Of a stretch of 27,584 nucleotides of DNA, positions 8,154-16,416 are shown in pieces. The position numbers and the translations under genes are program-made. The stretch lies in assembly GCA_016195765.1 (NCBI GenBank), contig JACPYZ010000069.1, positions 1-27,584 of the forward strand, written 5' to 3'. The stretch is from Candidatus Curtissbacteria bacterium (GTDB lineage Bacteria > Patescibacteriota > Microgenomatia > Curtissbacterales > GWA2-41-24). Positions within the stretch are counted from its first letter, which is position 1. Every line of letters starts with the position of its first letter. The notes below the pieces were generated by a model. That model made no database searches. It was not told the origin of the DNA and was given only the letters and a program-made list of their open reading frames with translations.

Positions 8154-8160
8154 AAAAGGC

Positions 8161-8236
8161 AGTTTAACAAATGAACTTTCTTTTGTACAAATAGATTTGT
8201 TATTGGTTTGCATTTCTCAGACAACTTTTCTACACT
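8161..8236. promoter_or_regulatory. Back-to-back divergent leaderless promoters (SRPBCC gene - / DUF4389 gene +)
   Basis: - strand: TTGTAC (8185-8190)-18-TG-T-TAAACT (8161-8166), 7 nt to ATG 8153. + strand: TTGCAT (8208-8213)-17-TACACT (8231-8236), 7 nt to GTG 8244. Confidence 0.7.
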
Positions 8237-8243
8237 TGAATTA

Positions 8244-9041
8244 GTGGCGAAAGCGCTTATCTATCCAAAGTTTGCATTGACGCACATCAAAGACCCAAAC
8301 CGTTTTTGGGCAATTCCTCTCTTGGGAGGTCTTACAAAAATAATAATCTTAATCCCGGTCTTTATTGAATTTTGGTTTTTGGCAATGTATGTGTTTGTGA
8401 TTTCCATAATCAATTCATTCATTGTTCTTTTTACTGGTTCGTATTGGCGTCATTGCTTTAATGTAACGACTGGGCTTATGAAGCTTGCTGCCAAAACCGG
8501 TTTGTTTTTCTCAGGTCTTACAAATAAGTACCCAGGGTTCGATCTGCAAATTCACGACAACTGGCAATTAGAATTTACCCTTCCTCAAAAACCTAATCGC
8601 TATTTTGCAATCCCGCTTTTAGGTGGTCTCTCAAGAATAATTCTGCTTTTACCATATGCAGTCTATTCTCAAGTAATTGCCAGGGGTAGCGGGGTTGGCA
8701 TGGTCATCTCGTCAGTTCCCGTGCTTTTTTCTGGCAAATATCCAGAAAGTACATACGAAATGGGTCGTGATGCAATTAGATTAAGTCTAAGACAAGGAGT
8801 CTATTTTGCTGGCATTTCCGATACTTATCCTAGTTGGTATATTTCGATGAATCATAAAGCTATCAAAATAATTTTGATAATCGTAGGCGCCTTAATGATT
8901 CTTGGCCAAAGCAGCGCAAGGCACGAAAGATTTAATCATCAAAATTACAATAATAATGGAGACTACGGACGCAATTACATGCCTAGCAGACATTTACAAC
9001 CGCCAAACAACACTACTCCACAAACTAACGGTGTTTTCTAG
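8244..9041 (+). CDS. Membrane protein with two tandem DUF4389-like repeats and an Asn-rich tail
   Basis: PNRFWAIPLLGG...VLFTGSYW...LTNKYPGF and PNRYFAIPLLGG...VLFSGKYP...ISDTYPSW. Start inferred at GTG 8244 from promoter geometry (the ORF track starts at TTG 8208, which is the -35 box). Confidence 0.7.
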   Translation: MAKALIYPKFALTHIKDPNRFWAIPLLGGLTKIIILIPVFIEFWFLAMYVFVISIINSFIVLFTGSYWRHCFNVTTGLMKLAAKTGLFFSGLTNKYPGFDLQIHDNWQLEFTLPQKPNRYFAIPLLGGLSRIILLLPYAVYSQVIARGSGVGMVISSVPVLFSGKYPESTYEMGRDAIRLSLRQGVYFAGISDTYPSWYISMNHKAIKIILIIVGALMILGQSSARHERFNHQNYNNNGDYGRNYMPSRHLQPPNNTTPQTNGVF

Positions 9042-9101
9042 TCTCTTAAATTTTTGACTCTCGTTTTCAAAAGGTGTTATTCTCCCACTCGACACTAAAA
9101 T

Positions 9102-10610
9102 ATGAAACTTAAAAATCCTGTTGTCAAAAAACTCTGCGAAAAATACAAAACAGTTTCACTGCTCAATCACATAGATGCCATTCTTGGTTGGGACTTAAAC
9201 GTAAATTTACCGCCAAAAGGTGGTCAAGAGAGAGGCCAACAAATAGCTTTTATAACCAAGCAAATAACAGATATTTTCAACGACAAAGATTTTAAAAACT
9301 TAGTAGAAGAATCAAAAACTCAGCGCAATTTAACTCCAGAAGAAAAAGCAATTCTAAGAAACCTTCACAAGGCAAGCGAGTATTACGACAAAGTTCCCGC
9401 AGAAATCATTACCGAAAAATCTAAGACTACTTCCGAAGCATATATGGCTTGGCAAAAAGCAAAACAGGATGATAAGTTTGGTGATTTTCTGCCTCACCTT
9501 AAAAAATTAATTGAACTGGACCAAATAATTGCGGGTCACATAGGCTACCGCGAGAATCCCCTCGATGCACTTTTAGATCTTCACGAACCAGATCTTACAG
9601 CCAGTTTTTGCAAAAAGAATATCGTTGCATTGCAACCAGGATTAACTGCGCTAATCAAAAGAATTCAAAGTAAGCAAAAATTTGGTAATGTAGAAACCTT
9701 CGTAAATAACCAACAGAATTATGCTGTCGATGCCCAAAGGCAATTAGCTCTCTACGTTTCTAGGAAAATGGGTTACGACTTAGATGCTGGTAGAATCGAT
9801 GTTTCTGCACACCCTTTCACCACAACTCCAGGCAGGCAAGATGTAAGAATCACCAATTTTTACAAAGAACACGACTTTCGGGATTCTTTTAGCTCTACCA
9901 TGCACGAAACAGGCCATGCGCTTTATGAACAAAACATTAACCAAGATTACGACCAAACGCCGCTCGAATGGGGCGTTTCTTATGGAATTCATGAAGCACT
10001 ATCGCGCTTCTGGGAAAACCAAATTGGTAAAAATCCCCATTTCTTAACCTTTATGACACCGCTTTTCCAGGCATTTTTCCCGGAACAACTTAAAAACACC
10101 AGCCATGAAACTTTTATTAAGTTATTTAACTTGCCAAAACCCGGGTTTATTAGAATCGAAGCAGACGAAGTGACCTATACTCTTCATATTATTATCCGCT
10201 TCGAAATCGAAGACGCTCTTATAAATAACAAGTTAAAACCAAAAGATCTTCCCGAAGCCTGGCGCGCCAAAATGAAAAAGTATCTGGGCGTTGTGCCCCA
10301 AACAGACAGAGATGGAGTTTTACAAGATATGCATTGGGCAGGTGGTTCTTTTGGCTATTTCCCGGCCTATGCGCTTGGGAATCTTTATGCATCGCAATTT
10401 TTGCACTATATGAAAAAAGAAATAGACGTTGATGGGGAATTAGAAAAAGGTCACTTAGGCAGCGTTTTGTATTGGCTTAACGAAAATGTTCACAAACATG
10501 GTAGTCGTTATTGGCCAGATGAACTTGTAAAAGTTGCAACAGGCGAAAGCTTAAACCCTAAATACTTCCTAAACTACCTCAGCGAAAAATTTACTGGCAT
10601 TTACGGCTAA
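9102..10610 (+). CDS. Carboxypeptidase, family M32 (Taq-type)
   Basis: HPF, DVRITN, HETGH (HEXXH), HEALSRFWE, IRIEADE, GVLQDMHW, FGYFPAYALG motifs. Confidence 0.93.
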   Translation: MKLKNPVVKKLCEKYKTVSLLNHIDAILGWDLNVNLPPKGGQERGQQIAFITKQITDIFNDKDFKNLVEESKTQRNLTPEEKAILRNLHKASEYYDKVPAEIITEKSKTTSEAYMAWQKAKQDDKFGDFLPHLKKLIELDQIIAGHIGYRENPLDALLDLHEPDLTASFCKKNIVALQPGLTALIKRIQSKQKFGNVETFVNNQQNYAVDAQRQLALYVSRKMGYDLDAGRIDVSAHPFTTTPGRQDVRITNFYKEHDFRDSFSSTMHETGHALYEQNINQDYDQTPLEWGVSYGIHEALSRFWENQIGKNPHFLTFMTPLFQAFFPEQLKNTSHETFIKLFNLPKPGFIRIEADEVTYTLHIIIRFEIEDALINNKLKPKDLPEAWRAKMKKYLGVVPQTDRDGVLQDMHWAGGSFGYFPAYALGNLYASQFLHYMKKEIDVDGELEKGHLGSVLYWLNENVHKHGSRYWPDELVKVATGESLNPKYFLNYLSEKFTGIYG

Positions 10611-10620
10611 GTTCAGACTC

Positions 10621-10658
10621 TTGACAACAATTAGCACTCGTTGTATATTAAGTGCTAA
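10621..10658 (+). promoter_or_regulatory. hrcA operon promoter with an overlapping CIRCE-like operator (non-canonical spacer)
   Basis: TTGACA (10621-10626)-17-TATATT (10644-10649). Inverted repeat TTAGCACT (10631-10638) / AGTGCTAA (10651-10658) with 12 nt between the arms (canonical is 11). Confidence 0.9.
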
Positions 10659-10663
10659 CAACG

Positions 10664-11386
10664 ATGGACCTAACTGAAAGACAAAAAAAGTTACTAAGAG
10701 CCGTAATTGAAAAATACATCGAAACCGCAGAAGCTGTTGGTTCCGAAACCATAGAAAAAGAAGCCAGCCTTGGTGTTTCCCCAGCAACTATCCGCAACGA
10801 AATGGTCAGATTAACTTCTCTTGGCTACTTAAGGCAACCTCACACATCTGCCGGCCGTACCCCAACTTCTATGGGTATGAAGTTTTTTGTAGATTCTCTT
10901 ATGGAAGAAAAATCTCTATCGCTGAAAGATGAAGTAGCCATAAAAGAAGAACTTTCAGACGATCCTAAAACCTTCAACAAACTCCTGCGTCATACAGCTC
11001 AATCTTTAGCAAACCAAACTCATTCACTAGCAATTGCAACCAACGAAGACGATGAAGTTTTCGCTTCCGGTATGGCAAACATTTTAGATATGCCAGAATT
11101 TTTTGATATCGACATCACCCGTACGGTGCTTTCTTTGGTAGACAAAGTAGAAATGTTAGGTCAAATTTTCGATCAGCTTTCTCCACAAGACCAAATTAAA
11201 ATTTTATTTGGAGACGAACTTGGTGTTCCATATCTTGAACCGTGCGGTTTTGTGCTTACTCGTTATCAAGCACCGGGTCACACCGGCATGCTCGGCATAA
11301 TAGGTCCCAACAGGCTAAATTATCCAACAGTCATACCTACAATGCGCTACTTTTCACATCTTTTATCAGAAATATGGGGGGAATAA
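10664..11386 (+). CDS. hrcA: Heat-inducible transcription repressor HrcA, short form (240 aa)
   Basis: LTERQKKLLRAVIEKYI, VGS, SPATIRNEM, GYLRQPHTSAGRTPT (wHTH); GMANILDMPEF, GIIGPNRLNY (GAF-like). ATG 10664 lies within the ORF-track entry at 10652. Confidence 0.93.
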   Translation: MDLTERQKKLLRAVIEKYIETAEAVGSETIEKEASLGVSPATIRNEMVRLTSLGYLRQPHTSAGRTPTSMGMKFFVDSLMEEKSLSLKDEVAIKEELSDDPKTFNKLLRHTAQSLANQTHSLAIATNEDDEVFASGMANILDMPEFFDIDITRTVLSLVDKVEMLGQIFDQLSPQDQIKILFGDELGVPYLEPCGFVLTRYQAPGHTGMLGIIGPNRLNYPTVIPTMRYFSHLLSEIWGE

Positions 11387-11872
11387 ATGGCAAAAGCTAA
11401 AAAACAACCAGAGGAAAATAAAAACGAAGAACTAGAAAACCAACTTAAACGCGCCCTTGCGGATTATCAGAATCTAGAAAGGCGAGTTTCAGAAGAGCGA
11501 AAATTACTCTCACAACTTTCAACCGCGATTATTGTCGAAAAGTTTTTACCAATATTAGATAATTTGGAAGTAGCTCAATCTCACTTGAACGACCCCGGCC
11601 TGGCTATGGTTACCAAGCAATTCAAAGATGTTTTGGCAAGTGAAGGCATCGAAGAAATAGGCCAAGTCGGTGAGCAGTTCGATCCAAACTTGCACGAAGC
11701 AGCAGAAGTTGTTGTTGGAGAGAACCAAAATGCAGTCGTGAAAGTCATTAACAAAGGTTATAAAATGGAAGGTAAGGTCATAAGACCCGCTAAAGTCACT
11801 GTTTCCAGAAAATCAGAATCAGCGCAAGCCAGTGGGCAGGAGCAAGCAGAGCAAGGAGGATTAAATGAGTAA
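11387..11872 (+). CDS. grpE: Nucleotide exchange factor GrpE
   Basis: [48 protein letters not shown]. Confidence 0.95.
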   Translation: MAKAKKQPEENKNEELENQLKRALADYQNLERRVSEERKLLSQLSTAIIVEKFLPILDNLEVAQSHLNDPGLAMVTKQFKDVLASEGIEEIGQVGEQFDPNLHEAAEVVVGENQNAVVKVINKGYKMEGKVIRPAKVTVSRKSESAQASGQEQAEQGGLNE

Positions 11873-13784
11873 AATTATTGGAATCGATTTAGGTACAACC
11901 AATTCATGTGTCGCCGTGGTCGAAGCTGGAAAACCAAAAGTGATTCATAGCGCAGAGGGAAGAAATACAATCCCATCTGTCGTTGACCCGGTCAAACATA
12001 TTGTCGGTGACGTTGCCAAACGTCAAATGATTGTTAATCCTAAAACTACAATTTTTTCTGTCAAAAGGTTAATGGGCCGCAAGTACAAAGACCCAGAAGT
12101 TCAACGTGATATCAAATGGCTTCCTTACGAAGTAAAAGAGGGTAGAGACGGTATGGCTGTAGTTTCTGTTGAAGGTCACGATTACACTCCTCAAGAAGTC
12201 TCGGCCATGATTCTGCAAAAAATTAAAGCAGATGCCGAAGCTTATCTTGGCGAAAAAGTCGAAAAAGCTGTGATTACGGTGCCAGCTTACTTTGACGATT
12301 CTCAAAGACAAGCAACTAAGCAAGCCGGAGAAATTGCTGGCCTGCAAGTTGAAAGAATCATCAATGAACCAACAGCGGCTGCGCTTGCCTATGGTTTGGA
12401 CAAATCCCACGCGCACACAATTGCCGTTTATGATTTAGGCGGTGGCACGTTCGATGTTTCAATTCTTGAGCTCGGAGAAGGCGTTTTTGAAGTTAAAGCC
12501 ACAAACGGTGACACCCATTTAGGTGGAGACGATTTTGATTCTAAAATTGTTGAATATCTAGTTGAACAATTTAAATCAGATTCAGGCGTCGATATCACCA
12601 AAGATCGTCCTGCGTTGCAAAGGCTAAGAGACGCTGCAGAAAAAGCAAAAATTGAACTTTCTACAACTCAAGAGACCGAAATTTCAATTCCATATTTAAC
12701 AGCGACCGATGCTGGTCCTCAACACTTGCAACTAAAACTAACAAGAGCAAAGTTAGAGTCAATTGTGACCGAACTTGTCGAAAAGACTTTTGGTCCAGTT
12801 AAGGATGTTTTAAAAGACGCTAAATTAGATGCTTCGAAAATAGACGAAGTAATCTTAGTCGGTGGCATGACCAGAATGCCTTTAATCGTCGAAAAAGTTA
12901 AAGCTTTCTTTGGCAAGGAACCAAACAAGAGCATTAACCCAGACGAAGTTGTCGCAATTGGTGCTGCTGTCCAAGGTGCAGTTCTCGGTGGCGAAATGAA
13001 AGAAATGGTTCTTTTAGATGTTACCCCGCTTACACTGGGTATCGAAACTTTGGGCGGCGTTTCTACACCGCTTATTTCCAGAAACACTACAGTTCCAACT
13101 TCAAAAACTGAAGTCTTCTCGACGGCTTCTGATAACCAAACTTCTGTTGACATTAACGTTTTGCAAGGCGAAAGACCAATGGCAGCCGATAACAAGTCTT
13201 TAGGTCGCTTCATCTTAGATGGCATTCCACCAGCACCTCGTGGGGTTCCTCAAGTAGAAGTTACTTTCGATATCGATGCTAGCGGTATTCTTTCTGTTAA
13301 AGCCAAAGACAAAGCAACCAATAAAGAACAATCTATAAAAATCACAGGTTCAACTGGTCTAACAGACGAAGAAATTGCACGTATGACCAAAGAGGCAGAA
13401 GAACATGCCAAAGAAGACGAAGCTAAAAAAGAAGAAATCGAAGCCAGAAACCACGCAGATTCGTTAATCTATCAAGCCGAAAAAGCTTTAAAAGATGGGG
13501 GAGACAAAGTACCTGCAGATGTTAAAACAGAAGTAGAAGAAAAGATTAAAGCCCTAAAAGATATTTCGGCAGCCGGCGCCATTGAAGATGTTAAAACAAA
13601 AACCGAAGAGCTTTCTACGTCTCTTTCCAAAATAGGTCAATCTATGTACGGCCAGCAGGGCGAGTCTGGTGCTCAAAGTCAAACGGGGGCAACAGACTCC
13701 GAAGCTGGCGGAGACGAAAAATCTACAGAAGATAAGAAAAAAGACGAAGGCGATGTTCAGGAAGGGGAAGTTGTTAAAGAATAA
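11865..13784 (+). CDS. dnaK: Chaperone DnaK (Hsp70)
   Basis: [66 protein letters not shown]; SD AAGGAGGA at 11853-11860. Confidence 0.98.
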   Translation: MSKIIGIDLGTTNSCVAVVEAGKPKVIHSAEGRNTIPSVVDPVKHIVGDVAKRQMIVNPKTTIFSVKRLMGRKYKDPEVQRDIKWLPYEVKEGRDGMAVVSVEGHDYTPQEVSAMILQKIKADAEAYLGEKVEKAVITVPAYFDDSQRQATKQAGEIAGLQVERIINEPTAAALAYGLDKSHAHTIAVYDLGGGTFDVSILELGEGVFEVKATNGDTHLGGDDFDSKIVEYLVEQFKSDSGVDITKDRPALQRLRDAAEKAKIELSTTQETEISIPYLTATDAGPQHLQLKLTRAKLESIVTELVEKTFGPVKDVLKDAKLDASKIDEVILVGGMTRMPLIVEKVKAFFGKEPNKSINPDEVVAIGAAVQGAVLGGEMKEMVLLDVTPLTLGIETLGGVSTPLISRNTTVPTSKTEVFSTASDNQTSVDINVLQGERPMAADNKSLGRFILDGIPPAPRGVPQVEVTFDIDASGILSVKAKDKATNKEQSIKITGSTGLTDEEIARMTKEAEEHAKEDEAKKEEIEARNHADSLIYQAEKALKDGGDKVPADVKTEVEEKIKALKDISAAGAIEDVKTKTEELSTSLSKIGQSMYGQQGESGAQSQTGATDSEAGGDEKSTEDKKKDEGDVQEGEVVKE

Positions 13785-14206
13785 TGGCAAATCTTACAAC
13801 AGAATTATTTGTTCTTTGTGATTACGCTTCTATTTCCCAAGAGCAAAAGCTTTCGGTGATTGGTATTTTCGACCAATTTTTTGCAGCCAACATTCCAACT
13901 ACTTGGCCGCGTATGTTTTTGGTCGCAGTTTTAAAAGGCGAGCCAGGTAAACAATACCCCTTAACATTAAAGTTAGTTTCTCCAGCTCCAGATCAAAACT
14001 TCCCAGAAAAAACAGTCGAGGTGTCACTGGGTAATAATGGCAAAGCAAACTTGTTAACAGAACTTGTTAATTTTCCGCTAAATGCCCCAGGTGTTCATAA
14101 ATTCGAAATCACCACCAGCAACGAAGTTGTTGGCAGGCTAGAATTTAACGTCACCAAAACTACCGCTTCTTACGACGGCCAAATCGCTAAAAAACCGGCA
14201 AACTAA
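13784..14206 (+). CDS. DUF6941-like hypothetical protein
   Basis: LCDYA..Q.QKLSVIGIFD N-terminal pattern; beta-rich; F..PG.HKF near the C-terminus; start overlaps the dnaK stop (TAATG). Confidence 0.65.
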   Translation: MANLTTELFVLCDYASISQEQKLSVIGIFDQFFAANIPTTWPRMFLVAVLKGEPGKQYPLTLKLVSPAPDQNFPEKTVEVSLGNNGKANLLTELVNFPLNAPGVHKFEITTSNEVVGRLEFNVTKTTASYDGQIAKKPAN

Positions 14207-14207
14207 A

Positions 14208-14417
14208 ATGGTTGAAGTAAGAAATTCAAAATCACCGCTGTATGATAGAGGTCCGAGAAGATCTGACAACGCAGTAACTGTTCAACCAGGACCCGTCCCC
14301 ATTAAAATTACAAACCGCGAACCTGGGGTTTTTGGTCAGTATTTTCCGCATCCTTTTAATAAATATCCAGGGTCGCCTCGTTTCAAAAGAGAAGTTGATC
14401 GTAGAGGTCCTAGATAA
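14208..14417 (+). CDS. 69-aa Pro/Arg-rich hypothetical protein
   Basis: ATG lies 1 nt after the preceding stop and the ORF ends 27 nt before dnaJ. No recognisable family. Confidence 0.5.
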   Translation: MVEVRNSKSPLYDRGPRRSDNAVTVQPGPVPIKITNREPGVFGQYFPHPFNKYPGSPRFKREVDRRGPR

Positions 14418-14444
14418 TATATATACTGCACGGTCAATTTCAAA

Positions 14445-15287
14445 ATGGCAAAAAAAGATTATTACGAAATCCTCGGTGTTTCTAAAAATGCATCAGCAGA
14501 TGAGTTAAAAAAAGCTTATCGTAATCTTGCGCGTAAACATCATCCAGATGTTGACAAGACAGAAGGCGCAGAAGCAAAGTTCAAAGAAATAAACGAAGCC
14601 TACCAAGTTCTTTCCGATCCGCAAAAAAAATCAGCTTACGATCAATATGGTCATAGTGCTTTTGAACCAGGTGGTGGTGGTCCAGGCGGTTTCGGCAATC
14701 AAGGTAACTACCAAACATACTCATGGAGTAACGGCGGCGGCCAAGGTCAAGATTTTGGGGGATTTCAAGATCCGTTTGATATTTTCGAAATGTTTTTTGG
14801 CGGTCAATCACCGTTTGGTAAACAAGCCCGTCTTCCAAGCTACGTTTTAAATATCTCTTTCGAAGAAGCGGTTCATGGTACAGAAAAAGAAGTAGAGATC
14901 AAGGGTAAAAAACAAAAAATAAAAATCCCAGCAGGGGTTGATAACGGTAGTGAAATTGCTTTTAAGGATTTTGTTATCGTGACTCAAGTTGCAACGAGCC
15001 CCAAATTTTCAAGACGTGGTTACGATATTGTTTCCGAACATTACATTGCTTTTTCCCAGGCAGCTCTGGGAGCAATTGCCGATATAGAAACCATAGATGG
15101 CACCGTCAGTATTCGTATTCCGCAAGGTACTCAACCAGGAACACAAATCAGGTTAAAAGGTAGGGGAGTCAAAAAATTAAACGGCCATGGCGCCGGCGAC
15201 CATTACGTCATCGTCCGTCTCGATGTTCCCAAACATCTTTCAAAAGAACAAAAGCGTCTTCTTGAAGAACTGGAAAAAACATATTGA
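14445..15287 (+). CDS. dnaJ: J-domain co-chaperone DnaJ lacking the zinc finger (class B-like)
   Basis: [25 protein letters not shown]-rich region, [26 protein letters not shown]; no CxxCxGxG repeats and no Cys at all. Confidence 0.9.
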   Translation: MAKKDYYEILGVSKNASADELKKAYRNLARKHHPDVDKTEGAEAKFKEINEAYQVLSDPQKKSAYDQYGHSAFEPGGGGPGGFGNQGNYQTYSWSNGGGQGQDFGGFQDPFDIFEMFFGGQSPFGKQARLPSYVLNISFEEAVHGTEKEVEIKGKKQKIKIPAGVDNGSEIAFKDFVIVTQVATSPKFSRRGYDIVSEHYIAFSQAALGAIADIETIDGTVSIRIPQGTQPGTQIRLKGRGVKKLNGHGAGDHYVIVRLDVPKHLSKEQKRLLEELEKTY

Positions 15288-15289
15288 AA

Positions 15290-15985
15290 ATGAAGTTTAT
15301 CGTCGACCAAAAAATTTTTGAAAAATGGTCCGACGTAATTATTGGTGGCTTAGTTCTTTCTGATTTTAACAACAAAGGTAGCAATCAAGATTTATTAAAG
15401 TTATTAAGAGATCAAGAAGCCAAGACCCAACAAGCACTTGCGTCTCTCGAAATGGGCCAAGTGCCAGAAGTTGCTGCTTGGAGACAAGCTCATCGAGATT
15501 TTGGGTCCGATCCGCGCGATTTCCCGTCTTCAATTGAGTCTTTGCTGCGCCGAGCGCGCGGTGGCAAGCCTTTGCCACAAATCAATAAGCTCGTCGATTT
15601 ATATAATTACATGTCCTTAAAATATTATGTCCCAGCAGGTGCAGAAGATGCAGACAAAATTAAAGGTAATGTACAGCTTGCTTTCGCAACAGGTACAGAA
15701 AGCGGCATGTATTTAGGATCAGATACCGTTGAAAATTGCCAAGAAGGCGAAGTAATTTACAAGGATGACGAAGGTTTTATCTGTAGGCGCTGGAATTGGC
15801 GAGAAGCAGACAGAACAAAGATAGACGAAAACACTAAAAATGCCCTTTTAGTTTTCGAAGCCATTCCACCAACAAATAGAGAAAAATTGGAAACCATCAT
15901 TAAGGAAGCAGCAGATCTTTCAGCAAAATTTGTAGGTGGCACCCAAACAAGTTTTATTCTAGACAAAAACAATCCCGAGTTGTAA
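15290..15985 (+). CDS. Stand-alone B3/B4 (PheRS-beta editing-like) domain protein
   Basis: AWRQAHRDFG, SSIESLLRR, LPQINKLVDLYNYMSL, GEVIYKD, CRRWNWRE, TKIDENTKNAL. ATG 15290 lies 2 nt after the dnaJ stop. Confidence 0.85.
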   Translation: MKFIVDQKIFEKWSDVIIGGLVLSDFNNKGSNQDLLKLLRDQEAKTQQALASLEMGQVPEVAAWRQAHRDFGSDPRDFPSSIESLLRRARGGKPLPQINKLVDLYNYMSLKYYVPAGAEDADKIKGNVQLAFATGTESGMYLGSDTVENCQEGEVIYKDDEGFICRRWNWREADRTKIDENTKNALLVFEAIPPTNREKLETIIKEAADLSAKFVGGTQTSFILDKNNPEL

Positions 15986-15994
15986 GCTTAAATT

Positions 15995-16168
15995 ATGGCT
16001 AGTTATGGCAAAAGACCGCTTTGGCAATGGATTGTTATTTACGTGATTGTAGGTGCAGTCGCCTACGGACTAATTTACTATTTTGTTTTTGCTAAAAACG
16101 GCAGCAGTTACACCAATAATACTGGCGGCAATCAGCTACAGCAAAATCCCTATAGCTATCCAAAGTAA
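15995..16168 (+). CDS. 57-aa single-TM small protein (not in the ORF track)
   Basis: Manual translation: MASYGKRPLWQWIVIYVIVGAVAYGLIYYFVFAKNGSSYTNNTGGNQLQQNPYSYPK. ATG lies 9 nt after the B3/4 stop. Confidence 0.75.
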   Translation: MASYGKRPLWQWIVIYVIVGAVAYGLIYYFVFAKNGSSYTNNTGGNQLQQNPYSYPK

Positions 16169-16224
16169 CGTACTTCTTACAGATTTTTCTTCGAACTTTA
16201 ACCAAATCAACTTAAAATTGACCT

Positions 16225-16359
16225 ATGATTAAAAAAATTAAAGAAGGGTACCGTGTAATGGCCGAAAGCGGCCGCAATATGGGCACCTATAAAACGGAAG
16301 GCGAGGCCAAAAAGAGGCTTCAGCAAATCGAATACTTCAAGCACTCTAAGAAAAATTAG
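16225..16359 (+). CDS. 44-aa basic small protein (not in the ORF track)
   Basis: Manual translation: MIKKIKEGYRVMAESGRNMGTYKTEGEAKKRLQQIEYFKHSKKN. TAAAAT -10 at 16213-16218, 6 nt before the ATG. Confidence 0.75.
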   Translation: MIKKIKEGYRVMAESGRNMGTYKTEGEAKKRLQQIEYFKHSKKN

Positions 16360-16377
16360 TGCCCAATAATCTTATCC

Positions 16378-16386
16378 TGTTATAAT
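16378..16386 (+). promoter_or_regulatory. Extended -10 promoter of thrC
   Basis: Perfect TG-T-TATAAT, 30 nt upstream of ATG 16417. Confidence 0.65.
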
Positions 16387-16416
16387 TCTTCACACTTCAA
16401 AAGCCAAATTGAAAAA

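Noticed and set aside
9985-10020. M32 motif HESQ changed to HEAL
   Set aside because: The metal-binding Glu and HEXXH are intact; likely ordinary family variation.
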